A stretch of DNA of 62,692 nt, filler included. It is 9 parts of 9 records of this genome, joined end to end, with 100 filler letters (N's around TTAATTAATTAA, not from the genome) between each part and the next. Parts side by side here need not be neighbours in the genome. Positions count along the whole stretch, not along the records: positions 1 to 5,211 come from SRR31147125_175594; positions 5,312 to 14,951 come from SRR31147125_176167; 7 more parts are not named here. One strand, given 5' to 3'. The notes beneath the pieces are model-generated. The model had not been told where the DNA came from and searched no databases. It saw nothing but the letters and a program-made list of their open reading frames with translations. Below are positions 1 to 11,700 of the stretch, in pieces; position 1 is the stretch's first letter, and every line of letters begins with the position of its first letter. The position numbers and the translations under genes are program-made.

Positions 1-1023
1 CTGGTAGACCGTTTCAGCGAACTGGAAATGGTGAACGCGTCGCTGGACGAAAAGGACAATGTTCTCGGTATCATTCCAGGGAAAACAGGCGACCGGGATA
101 TCCTGGTAGCGGCCCATCTGGACTCTCTGTTCGACGAAACCGTGGACCACACGGTTACTCTGGAGCCGTCCATGGCTATCGGTCCCGGGGTGAGCGACAA
201 CAGCCTCGGAGTGGCGGTTCTGGGAACCCTGCCGCTGATCCTCGAAAGTATCGGACTGGAGCTGGATGCCAATCTGGTACTCCTCGGAAGTTCCCGCAGC
301 CTGGGACAGGGAGATCTCGAAGGACTCCGCTTCGTCCTGGAGAACTACAAGAGACCGTTCGCGGCCGCCGTATGCCTGGAGGGGATCAAACTCGGCAGGC
401 TGAGTTTTTCATCCATCGGCATGCTCAGGGGTGAACTCAGCTACCGGATTCCGGACCAGTATGACTGGACGAAGTTCAATTCCGTCGGCGCCATCGTGGA
501 CATGAACGACATGATCAACAGAATCCTGGAAATCCCCCTGCCCCACAAACCGAAAACGTCGATTGTCCTCGGACAGATTGAAGCGGGAACCTCCTACAAT
601 ACTCTGCCGACCAAAGCGAAACTGCGCTTCGAGATCCGGAGTGAATCGGAAGAAATCGTCTCCGACCTGGCAAAAACGATCAGCAACCTGGCGGAAGAGA
701 TGACATCGAAAACCGGAGCTCTGGTGAAGTTCAGGGAAATCGCCCGCCGAAAGCCCGGCGGCACCGATTTTTCACATCCGTTGAATACAATCGGCAGGGA
801 AATACTCAAGCACCTGGATGTCAAACCCAGGATCACGCCGAGTACGTCGGAAGTAGCGGCTCTGATCGACGTCGGCATTCCGGCGGTCACAATCGGGCTG
901 ACTCATGGAGAAAACGCCGGCGAACTCGAGGAAGCTGTGGAAATATCACCAATCAGCCGGGGCCTGGCTCAGCTGGCCGCGCTGTTGAAAGCTATCGATG
1001 TGGGATGCGCCAATGAAACTTAA
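1..1023 (+). CDS. M20/M25/M40-family metallohydrolase-like protein, 5'-partial, degenerate active site
   Basis: Frame is open from nt 1. Motifs AAHLD, GPGVSDNSLG, dimerisation-domain GxSYNxLP..A.L.FEIRS and C-terminal GIPAVTIG are present. The usual GEEGLGDL reads RSLGQGDL. Confidence 0.8.
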   Translation: MVDRFSELEMVNASLDEKDNVLGIIPGKTGDRDILVAAHLDSLFDETVDHTVTLEPSMAIGPGVSDNSLGVAVLGTLPLILESIGLELDANLVLLGSSRSLGQGDLEGLRFVLENYKRPFAAAVCLEGIKLGRLSFSSIGMLRGELSYRIPDQYDWTKFNSVGAIVDMNDMINRILEIPLPHKPKTSIVLGQIEAGTSYNTLPTKAKLRFEIRSESEEIVSDLAKTISNLAEEMTSKTGALVKFREIARRKPGGTDFSHPLNTIGREILKHLDVKPRITPSTSEVAALIDVGIPAVTIGLTHGENAGELEEAVEISPISRGLAQLAALLKAIDVGCANET

Positions 1024-2008
1024 CGACTGGATCAAAAAGAATACCTACCACCATTCGGCCTTCGCCGACCTGAAGTCCCTGGTGGAACAGAAAGAGGAAT
1101 CGGGGCTGACCATTTCGCTCTGTATACCGACATTGAACGAAGAGCGGACCATCGGCAAGGAAGTGGTGATCTTCAAATCGGAGCTGATGAACAGGTATCG
1201 CCTCCTGGATGAAATCGCGATTATCGACTCCGGATCGAAGGACCGAACTCTGGAAGTGGCGTCGAGTTTCGGTGCCGACACCTACCTTTCTGCGGATATT
1301 CTCCCGGAGGAAGGATTCAAGAGGGGCAAGGGCGAAAACCTGTGGAAGGCCATTCACCAGCTCAACGGCGACATCATCGTCTATATCGATGCAGACATAA
1401 AAAACATCCACCCGCGCTTCGTCTACGGTCTGCTCGGACCGATCATCCAGCGTCCGGAAGTGAGTTACGTCAAGGCATTTTATGATCGTCCGCTGGCATT
1501 CTCGAACAGCGTCCGTCCCTCCGGCGGAGGACGGGTAACCGAGATACTCACCCGGCCCCTGTTCAGTCTGTTCTTTCCGGAACTGACGGCCATTATCCAG
1601 CCGTTGTCCGGAGAATATGCAGTTCGACGGAACGTGCTTGAATCCATTCCCTTCCCTGTCGGCTACGGCGTCGAGACCAGCCACCTGCTGGATGTGTACC
1701 GGACCCACGGTATGAAGGCCTTTGCACAGACCGATCTCGACCAGCGCGTCCACCGTAATCAGGAAACCCGGGCCCTCGGGAAGATGTCCTTCGGCATTCT
1801 GCAGACCTTCCTCAAGCGGCTGCAGAACTATGGAGTGATTCAGACCGAAGGAGAATCTCAGACTGTCCTCAGGCAGTTCCAGGCGAGGGAAGACACCTAT
1901 GAAACCATCGAGCATGACATCCCCGAGTACGAGCGGCCGCCGATGGTCACCATTCCGGCCTACAGGGAGAAACGCGGCCTGCCGCCGCTGAAGACGGTAA
2001 AGAAATAA
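1013..2008 (+). CDS. gpgS: glucosyl-3-phosphoglycerate synthase
   Basis: Motifs ISLCIPTLNEE, IDSGS.D.T, GKGENLWK, IVYIDAD, GGGRVTE, QPLSGEYA, GYGVE, R.HRNQ and L.KMS. ATG at 1013 overlaps the end of the upstream gene. Confidence 0.9.
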   Translation: MKLNDWIKKNTYHHSAFADLKSLVEQKEESGLTISLCIPTLNEERTIGKEVVIFKSELMNRYRLLDEIAIIDSGSKDRTLEVASSFGADTYLSADILPEEGFKRGKGENLWKAIHQLNGDIIVYIDADIKNIHPRFVYGLLGPIIQRPEVSYVKAFYDRPLAFSNSVRPSGGGRVTEILTRPLFSLFFPELTAIIQPLSGEYAVRRNVLESIPFPVGYGVETSHLLDVYRTHGMKAFAQTDLDQRVHRNQETRALGKMSFGILQTFLKRLQNYGVIQTEGESQTVLRQFQAREDTYETIEHDIPEYERPPMVTIPAYREKRGLPPLKTVKK

Positions 2009-2038
2009 CTGCTGAGAAAAAGGACCGGACGCCGGGGC

Positions 2039-2602
2039 TTATTCCGCCAGTCCCGGAGGAAGAAGACCGGCTCCCTGCCGAAGGATCCTGTAGGGCTGCT
2101 CCGACAGATTCACCAGGGTGGAGGGCTGCCGTCCAGTAAACAGGCCGGCATCTTCAATGACCGGTACCTCGGTACCGAATTCCGCCTCGATGTCGGCAGG
2201 ATTGTCCATCGGCGGAAATCCGGCCCTGTTCACACTCGAGGAATAGAGCGGTTTTCCGACGCTCCGGATGAGTCGCCGGAGACTGTCGTCTTCAGGTACC
2301 CGGAACGCCACCGTGCCGCCATCCGTCCCTTTCAGGATGAAGGTGAATGGTCCTGGCCAGAGTACCAGGAAATCCCGGGGAGGACTCTCGAATCCGAGAG
2401 ACGCCAGCATGTCCGGCGTATGGATGAGCTGAAGAAAGGGCTTGGTTTCTTCTCTGCCTTTGATTTCGCGGATTTTCGCTTCGCTTTCCGGCACGGCACC
2501 GACGAATCCGTAAATGGTGTCGCAGGCCATGACGGCCGCATCACCGGCCTTCAGGTGTTTTTCCAGCAGACGAAAGCTCTCACTTCCCCTTGGTATCAGC
2601 AT
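2039..2602 (-). CDS. tsaC: L-threonylcarbamoyladenylate synthase (Sua5/YrdC/TsaC)
   Basis: Motifs DTIYG, KGR...KP, WPGPFT.IL, VAFRVP, SSVN.AG, PSTLV and ILRQG. Start taken at ATG 2602. Confidence 0.88.
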   Translation of the reverse strand: MLIPRGSESFRLLEKHLKAGDAAVMACDTIYGFVGAVPESEAKIREIKGREETKPFLQLIHTPDMLASLGFESPPRDFLVLWPGPFTFILKGTDGGTVAFRVPEDDSLRRLIRSVGKPLYSSSVNRAGFPPMDNPADIEAEFGTEVPVIEDAGLFTGRQPSTLVNLSEQPYRILRQGAGLLPPGLAE

Positions 2603-3023
2603 CGTGCAGCCTCCAGGAAACCAGTGAAACAAGAACAACAAGGATACCAGCGGCCAGGGCAGTGATCCGGAGAAAGGTTTCTTCGCTTCTTCTGAGAGGA
2701 TCCAGCCGCAGCACAGAACCGGCGTTGTAGCGGATTTCAGTATGGGCGGATCCGTTCAGGTAGGCGACGTGGTCCTGCCGACGGAAAAGTCCCAGGGACC
2801 GGGCTTCCACCATCACCGCCTCCGGATCACTCCTGAGTTCGGTCAGAATCGTATTGAGATCCTCCTGCCTGGCATCCAGTTTCTCCAGGTTCGCTCCGAT
2901 GGCTCTCTTGCGGTCATTGAGCTTCTCCATCGAGGAGATGCCTGTGCTCCCGAAGAAGAGCGACAGGAGCGAAAAGGTCAGGAAACTGATATAAACGGCC
3001 AGGATAACGGATCGTAAGTTCAT
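2580..3023 (-). CDS. septum formation initiator family protein (FtsB/DivIC-like)
   Basis: N-terminal TM ending FFG.TG, a coiled coil, D...I..EAR.LG-type motif, and a second C-terminal TM. Confidence 0.7.
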   Translation of the reverse strand: MNLRSVILAVYISFLTFSLLSLFFGSTGISSMEKLNDRKRAIGANLEKLDARQEDLNTILTELRSDPEAVMVEARSLGLFRRQDHVAYLNGSAHTEIRYNAGSVLRLDPLRRSEETFLRITALAAGILVVLVSLVSWRLHDADTKGK

Positions 3024-3208
3024 ATATTCGATTGACGGCTCATTCAAGGTCGTCCTTTACAGGGAATTCACCGCTCCATTAAGATAGAGATGTAGTTGAG
3101 TAGCCGGTTGGGAGTGAAAAGGCAAAAGCGCCCGTTCATGACTCAACCCGAAAGCTGTACCTGACGATAATCGAAGGGTAAACAACTGCCTCTCGGGAGC
3201 AATAATCT

Positions 3209-5211
3209 ATGGCCGCGGACAAAAAACATGGGGATGAGCAAGAACTGGAGCGTTACGGCGTCTGGGTGAAAGCCGGTCCCGACCAGATTGAAGATCACGA
3301 TTCCCAGAGCCTTGAGCTCATGGATATAGAAGACAGCGGCAACGACGAAGTCCTGATCACCGAGGAAGAAGAGATGCTGCTTGGCGAACTGGAAGAATCC
3401 GCTTTACCTGACTTCAGTGATTTTGAGGACTCCTTCGGCGATTCTGAAGATACCGGCGGTCTCGACGAGGAATTCACGATGCCTTCGGATTCCGGCACGG
3501 GCACCGGTTTCTCCGATGACCCCGAATCCCGAGAACTGCTCCACAAGATTGAAGATGATCTCAGCGCGCTCCGGGATGAAATCCGGCAGCTCAAGGAAGA
3601 AATCGCCGGCCTCAGAGTGCCGGGCGTGGCACCTGTTGAAACGGAAAGCAGTGATGCCGGCGGATTCTTCGATGAAGAAGAAGACGAAACCATCGCCCTT
3701 ACCGGCGACGAACTGGACAACATTCTCGACACTGCGGAGATGAGAGAGGAAGTAGCCGAGGAATCTGCCGAGGAGGAAACCGCCGCGGCAGATGACGACC
3801 TGGGCATCGATGATATCAGCTTCGATGACGAGGATACGATCGATCTCTCCGGCGATTTTTCCGACATGGGAGTTGAGGGCCTGGACGATTTCCAGGTTGA
3901 AGAGACTCCGGAAGTCGATGATCCGGCCCTTTCCATCCTCGGCAGCCCGGATGAACCGGAAGAAGCAGGCGACCCCGAAACTCTGGAGATCGATATTCCC
4001 GGACTTGATGAAGAGGTCAGTCTTGAAGATACGGAAGTCGTCAGCATTGACGAGTTGGGTGACGAACCTGAAGCGGCTGACAATATCGAGGAAATCACGG
4101 ACCTGGATGATTTCGACATTGAAGAAATCAGTCTGGATGAAATTGAGGACGCTCACGCGGCTGCTGCCGTGGATGACATCCTTCCGACCGAAGATGAGCC
4201 CGTTGAGGAGATTCTCCTCGATTCCGGCGATGACGTTGTACTAACCGAAGCCTTCGACGGAGAAGATTTCGATGAAGGCGAAGAAGTCGAAATCGACCTC
4301 ACCGAAGAAGAAGACGCTCTGGAAGCGGCTGATGACGCCGACATGCTCGGCGTGGAACTGGAGGATATTTCCCTCGACGACTTCGGGGTTGAGAGTACCG
4401 ATGAGGCCGGCGATGCGCCCGTCAGCGATGTCCTGGCTGAAAGCGACGGCATGGAAGAGGTTGATCTCGAGGAGTTCAGCATCGAAGAGGATGAAGGCGA
4501 GTTCGAAGAGATGGAACTGGACTCCGTCCTGGCCGAAGGCATAGAAGAAGGACTGGGGACGCAGGAAGAACCAGTGGAACTCGCTTCCAGCGATGACCTG
4601 GAAGTGGAAGACCTTGAGATTGAGGAGATCGATCTCGACGTTTCCGAGCCGGAACAGATGGAAGAGATCAGCCTGGATGACGTTGAAGAGATCCCGGAAA
4701 TCGAAGAGATCTCCCTGGAAGAAACCCCGGACATTGAAGAAAGCCCCCTTGAGGATGAACCGGTGCTGGAAGAGATTTCACTGGAAGAGGATATCGAAGA
4801 GCTTTCTCTGGAAGAGGAACCGGAAGAGATATCGCTGGAAGAAGATGTTGCGGATATCACCCTCGAAGAAGTGGAACCCATCTCGGACGACCTCGCCGAG
4901 GAAATCTCCCTGGATAAGGATATCCCGGAGATTTCCATCGATGACGCGATAGAAGAAATCGAAACCGTCGAAGAATTCAGCCTGGAGGAAGAGGAAGACC
5001 TGATTGAAGACCTTGAGATTGAAGTTGAGGACGACATCCAGGTGACCCTCCCCGATGAAGACTTCGATGAGCTGCCGGGAACCGAGGAGCTGGACCTGTC
5101 ATCCCTGGATGCACTGGCCTCCGCCCCGGACATGACCGAAGCGGCCGAAGAAGAAATCACCGAACTCCCTGAAATCGACCTCGGCGATGAAGACGTCCTG
5201 GAACTTGCCGG
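3209..5211 (+). CDS. highly acidic low-complexity protein of spirochaete type, 3'-partial
   Basis: GGGAG RBS upstream. Conserved-looking islands ELERYGVWVK.GP and GFFDEEEDETIALTGDELDNIL sit in an Asp/Glu-rich sequence with many EEISLEE-like repeats. Confidence 0.75.
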
Positions 5212-5311
5212 NNNNNNNNNNNNNNNNNNNNNNNNNNNNNNNNNNNNNNNNNNNNTTAATTAATTAANNNNNNNNNNNNNNNNNNNNNNNNNNNNNNNNN
5301 NNNNNNNNNNN
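5212..5311. other. artificial contig linker (N44-TTAATTAATTAA-N44)
   Basis: Identical 100-nt spacer with stops in all six frames. Genes are truncated on both sides. Confidence 0.98.
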
Positions 5312-5362
5312 TTCCTTCTCTTTCTCCTTCTCCTTCTCTTTCTCCTTCTCTTTCTCCTTCTC
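5312..5362 (+). repeat. pyrimidine-rich tandem repeat within the 3' part of an intron
   Basis: Repeated CCTTCTCT/TTCT units, followed by a CTAAC branch-point-like motif and a CTAG acceptor ending at 5379. Confidence 0.7.
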
Positions 5363-5379
5363 TAACAACATCCTCCTAG

Positions 5380-5478
5380 GAAAAGGATCGGGACGGATGT
5401 CCCAAGATTATCAACATAGGAAGCTCAAGGACGGATCTCTTCTACGAACGAAAGAAGTACGGATTCAAGAAAAGATAG
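5380..5478 (+). CDS. PHF5A: last exon of spliceosomal SF3b subunit PHF5A/Rds3
   Basis: Translates [32 protein letters not shown], nearly identical to the conserved PHF5A C-terminus. Preceded by an AG acceptor. Absent from the ORF track. Confidence 0.93.
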   Translation, partial: EKDRDGCPKIINIGSSRTDLFYERKKYGFKKR

Positions 5479-5705
5479 TAGCCGATCTGTTCCATCATCC
5501 GTTCGTATCATCACCATCCACCCAATTAGAATACAATTCCCTCTTCCCTACACTGTGAGAAGATCATAACTGGTGTCCGCGTGGCACCTCGCGCCCTTGT
5601 CCACCTGCACACAGGTTGTCCTCCTCGTACCCTGTCTGCCCCTCTCTCCCACGTACCCCCACAAGGCCGTATCCCCTTCCACTAGGTCGTTCTCAGCTAT
5701 CCGCA

Positions 5706-8700
5706 ATGGGAGAGCACGAACGACCTTCTGCTGGCCACACTTTTGCACCTGACCCAGGCCTTCGTCACCTCTTGTTCCGACTTCCACTGGGCGTCCTCCT
5801 CCGTCAGAGACCTCAGGGACAAGAGAACGAGTGGAACGAGAGAGAGGTACGTTTTCGTTTGGGCATGGGACGACCGTGTGTGGCTTCTCACGGTGGCTTC
5901 ATCGCAAAGTCGAGAATCCGAACAGCCCTACACGCATTCGATGGACCTTCCCATCTCGCTTTGTTTCCTGAGAGTGGACGGCTTGTTGCAGAGGTATTGG
6001 AACGGCCAACAAAGAGAGACTCACAGTCGGGACGTTGTCAGATTCGCTCGCTGCGTGCCTCCGTGCTGAGCAAAACAAGCGTACAATTGGCCAACAAGGC
6101 GCCTGTTACCGTACAGGCATCTCCCTATGCTGAACGTGAACAGGAGATCCGACACCTCCAACACACAACACACCGCTTGAGGTCTGCGCTTGGATTCTAC
6201 ATGATGGATTGTGTTCTCACATGCTCTACAGTACGGATCTCGAACGAGTAGGCCGAGAGCGGGATGCACACGGGGAGGCCGCAAGAGCATACCAAATTCT
6301 TGTGGAAGTGCGTCGTACATGGGACACAACAACCTACGCTGGTCCCTGACAGATCTCTTTTCAGCCATTGTGTACGGCGTACGAGCGTTGGTGTGAGGCA
6401 TGCCAAACAAAGAACGAAGCACAAGGACTGTATGCAACTGCACAGAACCTTATCGCCGCTCTCGCCTCGATCTCCGGGACCACGTGCACCGGTGAAGAAG
6501 CAGCACGAATCTTTGCATCGTACGGGAAGCAGGCCCAGGACCGTCAATCGTCAAAGTTGACAGAAGTTGAATTGACACAGCAGAAGCTTGCGGAACTTCG
6601 AACAAAGGTTTGACGGGGCCTAGAGAGAGTACAGCACTCCTTAACGACGTGCTGGGCTCAGGTGGATGCTGAGGCACAATCCCTACACCTGCTGCTCCAG
6701 AAGCGTCGAGACGTGTCCCAGCCTCCTGTGCACGAGGGTACCGTGGAAACGGTGGAAACAGTGGAAACGGTACCTTCTTCTCCTTGTACCTGGTGCAACG
6801 CAACGCTGACGGATCGTATCCTTCAGCCGGGATCGCTACTGAAGGGCCTAACCGCAGTTGAAGAGTTGGTGTATCCGACACAAGAAGAAGTCCGTACTGG
6901 GCTCGTTTTTTGTTACGCGTAATACTAACAACTCGTGCCAGGTGACGCGAACAGATCTTTCACACATAGGACAGGAGACGGTACGTTCCGTTTTCCAATG
7001 CAATGTACCCAGAATGAAGAGGGGATACAACAGAAGGAGACACCACGCATTACGCCAGCGGCTCTTGCAGCAATGTCGGAGAATTTGCAGAATCTTCAAG
7101 TTGAACTTGCAAATCAACGTGCGAAAGCATCCCTTGAGGTATGAAGGGTCCCTTTGTCCTCTTGTGTGACTGGCTTGGTTGTCAGGTGGAACATGTGTCC
7201 GCTCGACTCAAGGCGGCTGAGATCCGACGCAAGCAACAAGCTAAGGCGGCAGCAGAGGAACAAGCAACCAGAAGAAGAATGGAAAATGAGATCAAAGTAC
7301 TTCGAGAGGAGCTACGATGTTCGGAGGCTGCCCTTGAGGAGGAACGAAGACGTGCATCTGAGCGGACAGAATCTCTCATGCGCCAAATTGATACGTGAGT
7401 CTTCTCCCTCTGTTCTGTTCGTCCCCCATCCATTTGACTGACGTGTCTCCAGATATATGAAAGGCGAACGAAAACAGTTACTCGAGGACCGAGATGCAGC
7501 AAACAAGGCTGCTGACGCAAAGAAGCTGGAATGGGAAGAGCTCATGCATCAACATCAGACGACAGCACAAGAATTGGATTTGGCACATGCGGTCAAAACA
7601 AAGCAAGAGAAAGAGTTCACCGAGTGGAAGCGCAAGGCGATAGAAGAGGTAGGAGAACCGTCACGGAAAGGCGATTTGTGCCTTACGAAACTCGGCTTTC
7701 GGGGGGGTTCCTCCAGCGCAACAATCTATTGCAACAACTCGATGGTCATGTTCGCAGAGAACGTGAGGCATTATCTCAAGGAAAAACGGAGGCAGTTCTT
7801 GTTTCGGAGGAGGACGAGGAACGACTTGAGACGAAGAGACGAAAACTCGCCTTAGAAATCAATTCTTTGGAGGAACAACTCAATTTGCTCCGTCGTGAAC
7901 GCGCATTCTTAGAAGGCGAAAATGAAGAGTTGGTTGCAGCACTGGTACGTTCTCCGCGTCACACATTCATGTGTGCATTCATCCATCCATTCATTCAGGA
8001 GGATGCACAAGAGATGACGACTCGGATCCACACGTTGGAAACCGAGAGCGCCGAGTTGCGTGAAGCAGCAAAGAGTGCAAGGATCGAGCAAGGGGTGCTT
8101 GAGACTACAAACCACGATCTACAGTGCCATGTGGCTACACTGGAACAAGAATTGGTCGAATCTGCCACGAACCGTCAAATGGCCGAGCGTAATCTGGCAG
8201 AAGAGCGAGAGTGTCATATCCAACAAGGTAAGGATCTAGATGCGAAACTGCATGCAGCACAAGCGGATCATCAGGCGCTGGTGCAAGAACTTGGTGTGCT
8301 GCGAGAATCTTTGACGAAGGAAGGCGAAATCGCTCATCTAAACCTCCAAGAACGACACATTGAGTATGAGGCAGTTCAAAGTCGCCTTGTGGAAGTACGG
8401 GAGCAGTTACGAACATCGGAAGACGATAAAGCAAAACTCGTTTTGGAGAATCGTGCAAGCAAGCGTGAACGCGAGCGTCTCCAGGCCGAATACGAGGGAG
8501 AGCGTGCGGCTACCGAGAAGAAGGAAGAATTCTTGATGCAACAGATTCAAGGGTCCGTGCCTACATAGCCGCCCAGGGCTACTTACTAAACGTGTACGCT
8601 TCTTCTTTCCAGATATCTCCAACAAGAGCAGGACGAACTTGAGCGACAGAAGGAGAAGGCGAAAAATCAGGCACAAAGTGAGGTGGAGAAGCTAATCCAG

Positions 8701-11700
8701 CACGTTCAGCGTCTCCAAAGCGAAAATGTACGTCACCATTCTTGCAAGTCGACAGTGCGGTAAACCATGGTGTGTGTGTGCGCAGGCTGCTGGTAGACGT
8801 GATCTCGAGTCCGAGCAGTGTGCTCGACGTGAAGCGGTTACACATCTGACAGCGCGCACGAGAGAACTGGAGGATGAGCTATTATCGGCACAACAGAATA
8901 TGGAATCTCTTCAGCACAAAGTGGAAGAAGCACTGAAAGACGAAGAAAACGCAAGAAGTGAAGCGGCAACGGCTAGTTGTGAGCTCAAGGCCAAGTCTCG
9001 CGAACTGCAGCAACTCCGAGAACGAATGGACTCCACCGAAGCCGTGTTGGAAGAGGAACGGCGACAGATTGAACAGACTAAACAAAGCCTGGAAACTCAG
9101 AGGACCGAGTTACAAATGGCTCGGGAGGCCGGGGCCCAGGCACGCACGCGTATGGAGACGGCAATAGCGGAGAAGGAAGCAGCTGAGTTATGGTGCCGAT
9201 CGCTGGGTGATACTGCCGACGAAACACGTGTCCTGGTTGAGAAGCTTCAAGCAGATTTGAAACAAGAACGCGAGGAACATCAGGAGGCCGCCTCTCAGGC
9301 ATTGCAGCGCTTCGCGGCACTCGAGGCGGACTTGTCTGATGCAAAAACGGCTCAGGGTTTGGCGGAACACCAACTGAAAGGAATACGTGAGGAACGAGAC
9401 GTCCGTGACGGAGATTTGATGGATGCCAGGATGCAAATACAGAAGATGGGAGCTGAATTGATGGAATTGAGGGAGGAAGTGCAGATCATGCGAGAACGAG
9501 GGGAGGAATTGTCGCTTAAGGAAGAAATCGGGTTGTTCTACGATCAAATTGTCCAAGGGCAGGAAGAAGGGCCGGGAGGTACTGCCACGAAGATACGAGA
9601 GGCTATGGCCAAGGAACTCTCGTTTCTCTCCGATAAGTTGACCGCACTTGAGGAGGTCAGAGGGGACAAGTCACGAATTGCTACGGAGGAGCACTATCGC
9701 CTTTCCGAGGAACTTGAAACCACACGTAGCAGTCTTCATCAGAGTCAAGCCGAAGCAGAACGCGCCCTCCATGAGGCCAATGCATTGAAAGAGAAAAACG
9801 CAAGTGCGGAGAGTCAAGTTGAGAAGCTCAGGCGAGAATTGGAGGTATGGGTCTCGTGGTCCACATGTATATTCTGATTCTCGTTTTTTCCTCTTGTATA
9901 GGAAACCTCCAGGGCCCATCAGTTGGTTGAGGAGGAGTTGCAACACCAACGTACAGAGTTGCATACAGTATGTGTCAATCTTCTCGCCTCTCAGGAGGAA
10001 GCTACGACCCTTCGCGCCCAATTGGATGAACTTCGGCTCCGAAAGGACGTTATGGCCCTTCAAGGAAGAGCGGCCGACTTGGGTTCCATGGGGGCGCGTC
10101 GTATGGCAGGCGAAATCAAGATCTTGTCATCACGGCTAGTTACCATGGAGGAAAAGAGAAGGCGAGAAGGAAAAGTGCGAGAGGAACACGTATTGGCACT
10201 GCAAAAGGAGATCGAACAACTCCGCAAAGCTCCTGCGCAACAACGGGCAGACCTGCCTGAAGAGGACACCGCATCATCACTCCAAGTGCAGCTTAAGAAG
10301 AGGGAAGATGAAAATGAATCGCTCCGAGCCGAGTGTCGGGCCCTTAAACAACAACGGGACGCCGAATGGAAACAAAGTCTTCGTTTGGCACGACAAGTAC
10401 CCTCGCGCGACTTCCTACGATCTCTGGACGTGTTCCTGACAAAAGAACGCGAACCTTCCCCAGACTACGAAAGACAGCGGCAGGAAAGCGTCCATGTGCT
10501 CGTCGAACAATTTGCTGCATTGAAACGGGGAGATTCCGATATTCCATCCATTCTCGAAGATGCTCGCGACCTGCGTGGACAAGTGGACAGTCTCAATGCC
10601 CGTCTCACTGAGACGTTGCACCAGCTCACTCAGGCCGAAGAGGAAGTCAAGAACAAGACGACAGAATGTGAGGATCTCACCAACCGTGTCCTCCAGGCGG
10701 AGGCACGGGCCAGTACCCTTGAGACCGAGTGGGAAGGGGTTCAAACGGAACTGGAAGTTCTACGAACGCACCAACGTCAGGACAGTGCGCTTCAGGAGAC
10801 AACAAGGGCCAAAGCACAGAGCCAACTTCGCTTGGAGCAAGAAGTGAACACATTGCACCAGGACTGTTCCGAGCTGAAGGAGCGCCTCATGATCGCCGAA
10901 GAAGAACGAGACAAGTTGCAGAAAGAGGTCGAGGTGGTGACACTGCGAGCAACTGAACTAGACGGAGAGCGGAAAGTGTTGATGAAAGAGCGCAATCGAA
11001 TGAAGAAGCAACGGGAAGCCGAACTCAAGAACAGTATGCGGCTTGCAAAGGGGATCTCGTCCAAGGATCTTCTGGGGCAAATTGAGTCCTACATCAATCA
11101 GGAGCGTGAGCAGCTGATGCAGGGAACTGTAGCGAAAGAACACGTTGAATCCATGCTTGAAGAAGAGAGAAGTCGCTACAGGGAAGTTATGAGCCGTAAC
11201 GAGGAACTTGTGTCTGAGAATGGCCGCCTTCGAAAGACCCTTGCAGATCTGAAAGCGGATCTGGAGTCGGAACGTACCGCTCGCGCATCCGATGTAGCCG
11301 CCCTGGCAGATCTACGAACCGGACACGGACACGGAGGAGAGGGTGGTTTGAACGATACGCCTACGGAAGAACGGGCCGCGATGCAATCAGAGTTGAACAA
11401 ATTGCGTAGTGCCATGATTTCCCTGGAGAAGGAAGCCGAGAGAGCTCGGAAACAAAGAGACAAGGAGTGGAACCGTTGCAAGCAACTTTCACGAATTGTC
11501 CCGTGCGTTCTTCTCCCCCAGCGGAATGAATAGCTCACTCATCTTCTTATCCCTCAACAAGATCCTATAAGGTTCTTCAACAAGTCCAGGAGATGCTGGA
11601 TGAAGCCCAACAGATCCAAGACACAGAAGAGCGAAGGGCACTCTCTGTAGAGGTATGAATCCCAGAGAAAACATGTTTCTGTGCCTGAGAATAGTTGGTA

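Noticed and set aside
3295-5160. Long Ser-rich minus-strand ORFs (3295-4119, 4153-5160)
   Set aside because: They are antisense shadows of the GAA/GAT-rich acidic protein gene.
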